Assembly: GCA_036269455.1 (NCBI GenBank)
Contig: DATARS010000209.1
Coordinates: forward strand, 1-61,361
Origin: Candidatus Dormiibacterota bacterium
GTDB lineage: Bacteria; Chloroflexota; Dormibacteria; Aeolococcales; Aeolococcaceae
Length of the DNA stretch: 61,361 nt
Reading direction: 5' to 3'
Below are positions 34,792 through 42,003 of the stretch, piece after piece. The stretch's first letter is position 1, and each line of letters begins with the position of its first letter. The notes under the pieces were generated by a model, which worked only from the letters and a program-made list of their open reading frames with translations, searched no databases and had not been told where the DNA came from. A program made the translations under genes and the position numbers.

Positions 34792-34839
34792 GGGAGGGAG
34801 ACGGCCGGCGCGGCTCGCCGCGCCGGCCGTCGTTTCCCC
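34792..34839. repeat. GC-rich hairpin repeat, copy 1
   Basis: gggagggaGACGGCCGGCGCGGctcgCCGCGCCGGCCGTCgtttcccc. 14-bp perfect stem (34800-34813 / 34818-34831). Lies in the 5' region of the 34976 gene. Confidence 0.7.
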
Positions 34840-34975
34840 GGCACCCGGGGTGGCGCGCAAGACTCTCGCGGCTCACGCCGTTGGAGGTCTCGTGGGCGCA
34901 CACCGTGCGTCCCCACAGACATCCGTCACCGCGGCGCCGGCAGGAACCGGGCCGCCAACTGGGGAAGGGAGAGAT

Positions 34976-35605
34976 ATGAAGCTGACCAAGCTGTTTTCCG
35001 TTGCCGGCGTCGTGGCGACGATCGGTGCCACCGCACTGATCCAGTCCGCGGCCGCCGACAGCAAGAAGCTCGAGGTGCGGCCGTTCGTCTACGACCCGGG
35101 CAAGACCCACATCATCGTCTCGAAGTGGGTCAAGAACCTGGGCCTCAATGACAACAATGGCAAGAAGAACAACAAGGGCCTGCTGCTGTCGAAGACCGGC
35201 CCCACGGCGACCAACGCCGAGGCCGGCGCCGACATCCGCGGGGTCAAGGGCATGACGCTCACCGAGCTCGGCTTCGACTTCCGCGACGGCAGCCACTGCT
35301 CGGGCGGCGCGCCGCGCTTCAACGTGGTCACCGTCGAGGACCCGACCACGACCCACGTCATCGGGTCGTGCACCAACGGCACCGTCACCCCGGAGACCCC
35401 GGAGGCGGGCTGGTCCCGGGTCCGCTTCGACCCGACCAGCGCGGCCAACGCGTTCCCGCCGATCCCGGCCGGGCAGCACGTGCTGCAGATGAACATCGCC
35501 TTCGACGAGGGCACCGACACCGCGGGTGGCACCCCCGGCATGGCGGTGATCGACAACATCGACATCAACGGCACGCTGATCGGCAGCGGTACCAGCGACA
35601 ACTGA
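34976..35605 (+). CDS. secreted protein, unknown function (209 aa)
   Basis: SD GGGGAAGGGAGAG before ATG 34976. Signal peptide MKLTKLFSVAGVVATIGATALIQSAAA. Locally lower GC (Asn/Lys-rich NDNNGKKNNKG). Two Cys. No family recognised. Confidence 0.65.
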   Translation: MKLTKLFSVAGVVATIGATALIQSAAADSKKLEVRPFVYDPGKTHIIVSKWVKNLGLNDNNGKKNNKGLLLSKTGPTATNAEAGADIRGVKGMTLTELGFDFRDGSHCSGGAPRFNVVTVEDPTTTHVIGSCTNGTVTPETPEAGWSRVRFDPTSAANAFPPIPAGQHVLQMNIAFDEGTDTAGGTPGMAVIDNIDINGTLIGSGTSDN

Positions 35606-35638
35606 TCCCGCGCCCGACGTGGGCACGGGTTTCTGTTG

Positions 35639-35686
35639 GGGGGGGAGACGGCCGGTGCGGGTCACCGCGCCGGCCGTCGTACCCCG
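35639..35686. repeat. GC-rich hairpin repeat, copy 2 (possible bidirectional terminator)
   Basis: ggggggaGACGGCCGGTGCGGgtcaCCGCGCCGGCCGTCgtaccccg. Same stem as copy 1 with one G-U position, and the flanks are also similar. Lies between the convergent genes 34976..35605 and 35662..37074. Confidence 0.7.
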
Positions 35687-37074
35687 AGGCGCCACAGCGC
35701 CACCCCACCCCCCTCGGCGACGAGGGAATAGCCGCGCCCGGGCAGTGACGACACCGCGCCGTCGTAGCCCGCGGCGCGGCTGTCGTCGCTCACCGCGCCG
35801 TCCTCGTCCACCGCCACCCACTCGACCCCGACCCCGGCGGGCAGCTCGTAGATCGTGGGCCGCTCGGCGAGGTGGGTGAGCACGCTGCCGGTGGCCGCCA
35901 CCGGCACTCCCGGCGGGATCCGTGAGAGCACCGCTCCCGCGGCCGCGAGCCGGCCGGCGCCGTCGAGCTCGACCCGGTCGGGCCCCGGACCCCAGGGCAG
36001 CGGCGCCGCCAGCAGCCAGGTGAGCGCGGCGCCGCCGAGCAGCAGCGCCGGAGCCGCCGCACCGATCCGCCGTCCCGGGCGGCCCCGCCAGGCGGCGAGG
36101 GCCGCGGCGACGAGCAGCGGGGTCGCCGGCAGCCCGTACTGGAGGCGCAGCCCCGACTGGAACGGGTCGGCGGAGATGAGCGCGACCAGCATCGCGGGCA
36201 GCACCGCGAGGAGGGTCGCTGGACGCAGCAGCGGGAGCAGCCCGACGGCGGCGAGCGCGAGCAGCAGGGCCGGCCCGGCGGGGGCCGAGAGCAGGTGGCC
36301 GAGCCAGCTCTGCGGCTCGGTGAGCAGGTGCGACACCACGCTCCCGGGAGTGGCGCCGAGGTAGCGGTAGCGGTCGATGAGGTCGCCGGGCGCGCCGTCG
36401 CGGAGCCGGGGCATCAGCACCAGCACCTCGACCGCCCCCGCGACCACCGCGCCGCCGGCGAGCACCAGCCCGGCGCGGCGGCGGTGGACGAGGTAGGCGA
36501 GCACGCCGGCGCCGGCGCTCACCAAGGCGCCGTCCTCCTTGCAGAGCAGCGGCACCGTGCCGGCGATGAGCAGCAGCGGGGTGCTGCCGCGCGCCGCTCC
36601 GTAGAGGGCGAGGAAGACGAAGGGGACGCCGAGCGCCTCGGTGTGGAAGTCGAACCCCGCGGCGCGCGCCACCCCCACCTGGAGCAGGTAGGCGGCCGAG
36701 GCGATCACCGCCGCCCGGCGCGTCCCCAGCCAGCACCGCGTCAGCGCCCAGAGCGGGACCACGGCGAGCCCGAGTGCGAGCGACTGCGCCGCGAACAGCC
36801 AGACCGGCGTCGCATGGATGCGGTCGAGCGGCACCAGCAGCAGCAGCGCGGGCTCGAGGTGCTGTCCGAAGAAGCTGTAGCCGACGAAGCTCGAGCTCAG
36901 CCCGTGCCCCGCGGACGCGCTCCACACCACCTGGTCGAAGAAGGCGAGGTCGTAGGCGGTGCTGTGGAAGCTCGCCCAGCGGAGCAGCTCGACGGTGAAG
37001 AGCACCGCCGCCGCGGCGAGGCCGAGGCACCACGGGGTGAGGTCGCGCCCCTCCCTCAGCGGGCGCGCGGGCAC
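35662..37074 (-). CDS. polytopic membrane protein, DUF2079-like (possible GT-C-type glycosyltransferase)
   Basis: FHSTAYDLAFFDQVVWSASAGHGLSSSFVGYSFFGQHLEPALLLLVPL, then many TM helices and a C-terminal soluble domain. Start assigned to the in-frame GTG 37074, which gives a 19-nt overlap with the upstream gene. Confidence 0.65.
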   Translation of the reverse strand: MPARPLREGRDLTPWCLGLAAAAVLFTVELLRWASFHSTAYDLAFFDQVVWSASAGHGLSSSFVGYSFFGQHLEPALLLLVPLDRIHATPVWLFAAQSLALGLAVVPLWALTRCWLGTRRAAVIASAAYLLQVGVARAAGFDFHTEALGVPFVFLALYGAARGSTPLLLIAGTVPLLCKEDGALVSAGAGVLAYLVHRRRAGLVLAGGAVVAGAVEVLVLMPRLRDGAPGDLIDRYRYLGATPGSVVSHLLTEPQSWLGHLLSAPAGPALLLALAAVGLLPLLRPATLLAVLPAMLVALISADPFQSGLRLQYGLPATPLLVAAALAAWRGRPGRRIGAAAPALLLGGAALTWLLAAPLPWGPGPDRVELDGAGRLAAAGAVLSRIPPGVPVAATGSVLTHLAERPTIYELPAGVGVEWVAVDEDGAVSDDSRAAGYDGAVSSLPGRGYSLVAEGGGVALWRLGVRRPAR

Positions 37075-37754
37075 GGCGGCGCCGCCGCCGGGACGGCGAT
37101 GACGTCGAGCGCCGCCGCGGTCTGCGGCGCGCGCCCGGGATCGCGGGCCACGTCGGCGGCGAGGCGCTCGAGGTCGGCGGCCTCGTCGACGTCGTACCAG
37201 CTCCCGGCGTCGCCGGCGCGCACCCCGGCGCGCGCCGCGCCGGCGCGCACCTGGGCGGCGGTCCGCTCGGTGCTCCACTCCACCCCGGCGAACATCGCGG
37301 GGAGGCGCGGGGCTGCGGGACGCGCCGCCGCGATCGCGACGAAGCCGCCGTCGCGCGCGTCCACCAGCGACACCCCACCGGCGCCGGCGGCGTCGAGGCA
37401 GGCATCGAGCAGGGAATCCGGGAGGGTGGGGCTGTCGCTGCCCACCAGCAGCACTCGGCGCGCGCCGCCGGCGAACCCGGCGGCGAGGGCGTGCCCGAGC
37501 CGCGCGCCCAGGTCGCCCTCGGGCTGGGCGACGAGTGACGCCCCCGGGGCCGCGGCCGCGACCCGCGCCCGTGCCGACGGAGGGTTGAAGGCGACCAGCC
37601 GCGGCCAGGCGGCCGACCAGCCCAGGGTGTCGAGGACGAAGGCGCGATGGAGGCGGTGGGCGGCGTCGACCCCGAGCGCGGCGGCGAGCCGGCTCTTCCC
37701 CGTCCCCGGCTCCGGCCAGCGCATCAGCACCACCAGCAGGTCCCCGCTCCTCAT
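37056..37754 (-). CDS. DUF2064 / TIGR04282-like Rossmann-fold protein
   Basis: VVLMRWPEPGTGKSRLAAALG..AHRLHRAFVLDTL and LLVGSDSPTL. These match the K-x-P-x-PG-x-x-K-[ST]-RL and G-x-D-x-P signatures I associate with this family. ATGA overlap with the upstream GT2. Confidence 0.65.
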   Translation of the reverse strand: MRSGDLLVVLMRWPEPGTGKSRLAAALGVDAAHRLHRAFVLDTLGWSAAWPRLVAFNPPSARARVAAAAPGASLVAQPEGDLGARLGHALAAGFAGGARRVLLVGSDSPTLPDSLLDACLDAAGAGGVSLVDARDGGFVAIAAARPAAPRLPAMFAGVEWSTERTAAQVRAGAARAGVRAGDAGSWYDVDEAADLERLAADVARDPGRAPQTAAALDVIAVPAAAPPCPRAR

Positions 37755-38455
37755 CGCGGCGCCACCCGCTGCCAGAGCAGCGCGCCGACGATCCCCATCC
37801 CGGCGCCGACGCTCCCGCGCAGGCTGCCGCCGACCTTCGAGGTGCCCGCCACCCGGCGCCGGTAGCCGACCTCGACCTCGACGATGCGCGCCCGCCGCCG
37901 CGCCGCGCGGGCGAGCATCTCCGCCGGCCAGGCGAAGCGCGACGGCCGCATCCCCAGCGAGCGGAGCAGCTCGCCCCGCACCGCCCGGTAGGGGCCGAGA
38001 TCGGTGAGCCGCACCCCGTAGAGGCGGCGGAGCAGCACCAGCGCGAGCCGGTTGCCGAGCGCCTGGTGGACGGGCATGCTCCCCGCCTCACGCCGCGCGG
38101 TGCGCGAGCCGCAGACCAGGTCGGCGCGCCCCTCGGTGATGGGCGCGATCAGCGCCGCGATCTCCTCCGGCGGCATGCTGCCATCGCCGTCGATGAACAC
38201 CACCACGCCGGCCTCCGGGCTCGCCGTCACCCCCGCGTGGCAGGCGTGCCCGTAGCCACGCCGCGGCTGGTGGACGACCCGCGCCCCCGCGGCCGCGGCC
38301 ACCCTGGCGGTCGCGTCACGGCTGCCGTTGTCGACGACCAGGACGTCGGCACCCAGCTCCGCCGGCACCCGGCTCACGACCTGGGCGATCGCCCCCTCCT
38401 CGTCGAGGGCGGGGATGAGAACGGTGCAGCGCAGCGCGGAGTGGGGGCTCGGCAC
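37751..38455 (-). CDS. family 2 glycosyltransferase (polyprenyl-phosphate sugar synthase-like)
   Basis: VLIPALDEEGAI, VVDNGSRD, GYGHA, FIDGDGS. 234 aa with a short C-terminal hydrophobic segment (GAGMGIVGALLW). Confidence 0.82.
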   Translation of the reverse strand: MPSPHSALRCTVLIPALDEEGAIAQVVSRVPAELGADVLVVDNGSRDATARVAAAAGARVVHQPRRGYGHACHAGVTASPEAGVVVFIDGDGSMPPEEIAALIAPITEGRADLVCGSRTARREAGSMPVHQALGNRLALVLLRRLYGVRLTDLGPYRAVRGELLRSLGMRPSRFAWPAEMLARAARRRARIVEVEVGYRRRVAGTSKVGGSLRGSVGAGMGIVGALLWQRVAPR

Positions 38456-38538
38456 GCGCGCATCTTCGCGCGTTCACATCTCGCCCCGATGACGGGCCCC
38501 GCGCCCCTCGCTGGGAGGGGCGCGGGCGCGTCAGGCCG

Positions 38539-38811
38539 CTACGGCCGCGGCGTGTGGGTGGGGTGCGGCTTGGGCGTATGCGTCGGGTGCGGCTTGGGAG
38601 TGTGCGTCGGGTGCGGCTTGGGCGTGTGCGTGGGCTTGGGGTCCTGAACGCACTTGTGGCCCGGAACCGTCCCGGGAGTGGTCACGGCGCAGTGGTGGCG
38701 GTGGTGCGGGTTGGTGCTGCTCGGAGCCGCGGACGCGAACACGGTGGTGCCGGCGCCGAGGGCGAGCGCGCTGCCGGCGGTGAGCGCGGCGGCGATGCGT
38801 CGGATGTTCAT
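38539..38811 (-). CDS. small secreted His/Pro-rich repeat protein (90 aa)
   Basis: Signal peptide MNIRRIAAALTAGSALALGAGTTVFASA. Then NPHHRHHCAVTTPGTVPGHKCVQD and (PKPHPTHT) x3.75 at the C-terminus. Confidence 0.6.
   Translation of the reverse strand: MNIRRIAAALTAGSALALGAGTTVFASAAPSSTNPHHRHHCAVTTPGTVPGHKCVQDPKPTHTPKPHPTHTPKPHPTHTPKPHPTHTPRP
38552..38641 (-). repeat. 24-nt tandem repeat (about 3.75 copies) encoding PKPHPTHT
   Basis: gtgtgggtggggtgcggcttgggc / gtatgcgtcgggtgcggcttggga / gtgtgcgtcgggtgcggcttgggc / gtgtgcgtgggcttgggg. In frame within the 38539..38811 CDS. Confidence 0.85.
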
Positions 38812-38830
38812 GGGCGTTTCCCTTCCCTGT

Positions 38831-38849
38831 GGGCCGACCGGTTCGGCCC
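38831..38849. promoter_or_regulatory. inverted repeat in the divergent intergenic region (candidate operator)
   Basis: GGGCCGAccggtTCGGCCC, between the His-rich protein gene and the response-regulator gene. Confidence 0.3.
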
Positions 38850-38935
38850 TGGGGATATGACGCGCTGAGGGGGGGAAACCCTACGCTCGCACCGTCATGC
38901 GTTCGACACCGGGCACTCGTAGACTGCCGACCATC

Positions 38936-39646
38936 GTGAGCTCCGCCGCCCCCGTGCTCGTGGTCGACGACGACGCCAAGATCGTCTCGCTGGTGCGCAT
39001 GTACCTGGAGCGCGAGGGCTTCTCGGTGGTCGAGGCACGCGACGGCGGCGCGGCGCTGGCGGCGATCGAGGCGCACGCGCCGCAGCTGGTGGTGCTCGAC
39101 GTCATGCTCCCCGAGCTCGACGGGCTCGGGGTGCTCCGGCGGCTGCGCGAGCGCTCCGACGTCCCGGTGCTGATGCTCTCCGCGCTCGGCTCCACCGACG
39201 ACCGCGTCACCGGCATCCACCAGGGGGCCGACGACTACCTGCCCAAGCCGTTCTCGCCCGCCGAGCTGGTGGTGCGCGTCCAGGCCATCCTCCGCCGCAC
39301 CGCGCGGGCCGCCGCCCGCGAGGGCGACCGCGGGCTGCTCCGCCACGCCGACCTGGTGATCGACCTCGACCGCCACCAGGTCACCCGCGACGGTCGGCCG
39401 CTCGGCCTCACCACCGCCGAGTTCCGGCTGCTCGCCGCGCTCGTCGAGGCCGACGGGCGGGTGCTCACCCGCGAGATGCTCCTCGACGCCCTCTACGGCA
39501 ACAACTACGTGGAGGTGCTCGACCGCACCATCGACGTCCACATCCGCCGGTTGCGCGAGAAGCTCGGCGACGACGCCGACGAGCCGCGCTACATCGCCAC
39601 GGTGCGCGGCGCCGGCTACCGGGCGGCGCGCGAGCAGCGGGGGTGA
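38936..39646 (+). CDS. OmpR/PhoB-family response regulator
   Basis: VLVVDDD, VVLDVMLPELDG, PVLMLSA, GADDYLPKPFSPAEL, LTTAEFRLLAAL, DVHIRRLREKL, IATVRGAGY. GTG 38936 preferred (10 nt after TAGACT at 38920-38925); the ORF-track start is 38897. Confidence 0.88.
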   Translation: MSSAAPVLVVDDDAKIVSLVRMYLEREGFSVVEARDGGAALAAIEAHAPQLVVLDVMLPELDGLGVLRRLRERSDVPVLMLSALGSTDDRVTGIHQGADDYLPKPFSPAELVVRVQAILRRTARAAAREGDRGLLRHADLVIDLDRHQVTRDGRPLGLTTAEFRLLAALVEADGRVLTREMLLDALYGNNYVEVLDRTIDVHIRRLREKLGDDADEPRYIATVRGAGYRAAREQRG

Positions 39647-40725
39647 TCCGCCCGCAGCGCATCGCCGTCCGGGTGGCGCTGGCGTGCCTGCTGGTGACCG
39701 CGGTCGCGGTGGCGATCATCGCCACCGGCGTCTTCGACGTCGGCCGGTCCACCTTCGACGACCTCATGCTCCGCCACGGCGCCACCGCCGCCGACTCGCG
39801 GGCGATGTTCAACAGCTCGGTGGGCCACACGTTCATCTGGGCGATGCTCGCCGCGGCGGTGGTCTGCGCCGGCGTCGCCGCCCTCCTCGCCCACCGGGTG
39901 TCGCGCTCCTTCGGCCGCATCGTCGACGCCGCCCAGCGCATCGCCGGCGGCGACTACGCCGCCCGCGTCCCCGACGTCGGCATCGAGGAGGCGCGGGCGA
40001 TCGCCGAGGCCTTCAACCGCATGGCCGAGAGCCTCGAGGAGCAGGAGCGGATGCGCCGAGAGCTGACCGCCAACGCCGCCCACGAGCTGCGCACCCCACT
40101 GACCAACCTCAAGGGCTACCTCGAGGCGCTGCGCGACGAGGTGATCCCCCCGTCCGCCGAGACCTTCCAGTCGCTCCAGGAGGAGGCCGACCGGCTGGTG
40201 CGGCTCTCGCGGTCGCTCGACCTGCTCGCCCAGGGCGACGCCGGCCACCGGGCCGCGCCCCGTGACACCGACCTGGTGCAGGCGGTGCGCGGCGCCGTCG
40301 AGCTCCACCAGCCCGGCTTCCAGCGCGCCGGCATCGAGCTCGAGGTCGAGGTGCCCGACCGCCTCGGGGTCCGCGCCCATCCCGACCACCTCGCCCAGGT
40401 GCTCGGCAACCTGCTCCAGAACGCGCTCCGCTACACCCCGGCGGGGGGGCGCGCCCGGGTCGGCGTTCGCCGTGAGGGCGGATCCGCGCTGGTCGAGGTC
40501 GTCAACACCACCGAGGGCCCCGACGCCATCCCCGCCGACGACCTCCCCCGCGTCTTCGAGCGCTTCTACCGGGTGGAGAAGTCGCGCGACCGCGCCCGTG
40601 GCGGCGCCGGGATCGGCCTGGCCATCGTCAAGCAGCTGGTCGAGGGCGCGGGGGGCCGGGTGGGCGCCGAGGCGAGGCCCGGCACCGCCCGCTTCTGGTT
40701 CAGCCTTCCCCAGATTGTTGACTAA
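39643..40725 (+). CDS. sensor histidine kinase (2 TM, HAMP, HisKA, HATPase_c)
   Basis: H-box ANAAHELRTPLTNL. N-box LLQNALRYTP. G-boxes FERFYRV and GGAGIGLAIVKQLVE. GTGA overlap with the regulator gene. Confidence 0.88.
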   Translation: MIRPQRIAVRVALACLLVTAVAVAIIATGVFDVGRSTFDDLMLRHGATAADSRAMFNSSVGHTFIWAMLAAAVVCAGVAALLAHRVSRSFGRIVDAAQRIAGGDYAARVPDVGIEEARAIAEAFNRMAESLEEQERMRRELTANAAHELRTPLTNLKGYLEALRDEVIPPSAETFQSLQEEADRLVRLSRSLDLLAQGDAGHRAAPRDTDLVQAVRGAVELHQPGFQRAGIELEVEVPDRLGVRAHPDHLAQVLGNLLQNALRYTPAGGRARVGVRREGGSALVEVVNTTEGPDAIPADDLPRVFERFYRVEKSRDRARGGAGIGLAIVKQLVEGAGGRVGAEARPGTARFWFSLPQIVD

Positions 40726-40740
40726 TCCGATCCAGTTTGT

Positions 40741-40770
40741 TTGACATATCGGGCGGCGGACCCGTAGAGT
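40741..40770 (+). promoter_or_regulatory. promoter TTGACA-18 nt-TAGAGT giving a leaderless rhodanese mRNA
   Basis: Perfect -35 TTGACA (40741-40746). -10 TAGAGT (40765-40770). The ATG at 40777 lies 6 nt after the -10, and there is no SD. Confidence 0.55.
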
Positions 40771-40776
40771 CGCGGC

Positions 40777-41181
40777 ATGGCGATGACCGCGCGTGACCTG
40801 CTGGCGGCTGCGCGTCGGGTCGTGTCCGAGGTGACGGCGGAGGCGGTCCACGCCCGTCCGGCCCTCGGCGGCCACCTCCTCATCGACGTCCGCGAGCGTC
40901 ACGAGTTCGAGGCCGGTCATCTCCCCGGCGCCATCCACATCAGCAAGAGCTACATCGAGGTCCTGCTGGAGGAGCGGGTGCCCGACCGCCAGACCCCGAT
41001 CACGCTCTACTGCGCCGGCGGGTCGCGATCGCTGCTCGCCGCCGAGTCGGTGATGCGCCTCGGCTACACCAACGTCGAGTCGATGATCGACGGCGTCGGT
41101 GGCTGGAAGGCCTGCGGCTACGACCTGGTCCGCGAGGACACGTCGATGCTGGGGCTCGCCGGGCTCGCCCGCTCCGCCTGA
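40777..41181 (+). CDS. single-domain rhodanese sulfurtransferase
   Basis: LIDVRERHEFEAGHLPGAIHI. Active-site loop YCAGGSRS. GGWKACG. Confidence 0.85.
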   Translation: MAMTARDLLAAARRVVSEVTAEAVHARPALGGHLLIDVRERHEFEAGHLPGAIHISKSYIEVLLEERVPDRQTPITLYCAGGSRSLLAAESVMRLGYTNVESMIDGVGGWKACGYDLVREDTSMLGLAGLARSA

Positions 41182-41993
41182 GCGCGGTCCCGGAGCAGCG
41201 CCGCCTCGTCGTCGTCGAGGGGGATCCCGAAGCGCTCGCGCAGCGTGCCCGCCAGCTCGTTCGGGTCGAGCTCGGTGACGGTCTCGGTGAAGTCCGGCCG
41301 GGTCTCGGCGAGGTGCAGCCCGGTGAGCGTCAGCCTCCACTCCGGGGTCGAGCGCTGCGCGATCACCTGCTGGGTGAAGGGCGAGCGCGGGTGGGTCGCC
41401 ACGTAGTGGTTGAAGACCTCGTAGTCGATCCGGTGCTGGGGATCGAGCGTGAACCCGTAGAGGTCGAGCCAGCCGTCGGGATGGAGTGAGCGCAGCACCC
41501 AGACGCGCTCGTCCTCACGCCCGAGGGAGTGGTTCCAGCCCGGGGCGGCGGTGACGGCGCCGTCGGCGAGGGGCAGCGGGTCGAGCAGGCCCTCGCCGCC
41601 GAAGCCGACGTCGGCGAGCCAGTCGATCCCCTCGGCCTCGACCCGGAGCAGCATGTGCGACTGCGGCCGGATCGAGGTCGCACCCATGCGCACCCGCGCG
41701 CTCAGCCGGGTGACGCGCAGGCCGCGGCGCTCGAGCGCGGCGGCGAAGAGCAGGTTGTGCTCGTAGCAGTAGCCGCCGCGGCGGCGGGTCACCAGCTTGT
41801 CCTGGAGGGCGTCGAGCTCGAGCCGGATCGGCCGCCCCAGCATGATGTCGAGGTTCTCGAAGGGGATCGCCGCGGTGTGGGCGCGGTGCAGCCGGCGCAG
41901 CCCCCGCGGCGTCGGCGGCGGGGCCTCCTCGAGGCCGATCCGATCCAGGTAGGCGTCGAGGTCGAGGCGATCGATCTCCCACTCGCTGCTCAT
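41118..41993 (-). CDS. arylamine N-acetyltransferase
   Basis: YLDRIG, IPFENLDI, RRGGYCYEHNLLF (catalytic Cys), SHMLLRV, WLADVGFGG. The 3' end overlaps the convergent rhodanese gene by 64 nt. Confidence 0.85.
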   Translation of the reverse strand: MSSEWEIDRLDLDAYLDRIGLEEAPPPTPRGLRRLHRAHTAAIPFENLDIMLGRPIRLELDALQDKLVTRRRGGYCYEHNLLFAAALERRGLRVTRLSARVRMGATSIRPQSHMLLRVEAEGIDWLADVGFGGEGLLDPLPLADGAVTAAPGWNHSLGREDERVWVLRSLHPDGWLDLYGFTLDPQHRIDYEVFNHYVATHPRSPFTQQVIAQRSTPEWRLTLTGLHLAETRPDFTETVTELDPNELAGTLRERFGIPLDDDEAALLRDRAQAERASPASPSIDVSSRTRS

Positions 41994-42003
41994 GCCCCGG
42001 AGC

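Noticed and set aside
34785-34812. Resemblance of gtcagggagggagacggcc to the cobalamin-riboswitch B12 box
   Set aside because: The match needs a 4-nt insertion. The rest of the cobalamin riboswitch core is not discernible upstream. The same sequence recurs after the gene as part of the hairpin repeat.
34792-35686. Hairpin repeats flanking one promoter-proximal ORF, considered as integron attC/cassette boundaries
   Set aside because: There is no integron integrase, attI or cassette array anywhere in the window. The hairpins are short, perfect GC stems unlike the bulged attC structure. A REP-like or terminator explanation is more economical.
34703-37405. 900-aa minus-strand ORF spanning the secreted-protein gene and the DUF2079 region
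   Set aside because: It is out of frame with, or antisense to, better-supported genes. The composition is dominated by R/A/P/G. There is no signal, TM or enzymatic motif.
38552-38641. Regularly spaced 24-nt repeats, considered as a possible CRISPR array
   Set aside because: The repeats are directly tandem with no spacers. They are only about 3.75 copies. They sit in frame inside a signal-peptide-bearing ORF and encode PKPHPTHT.
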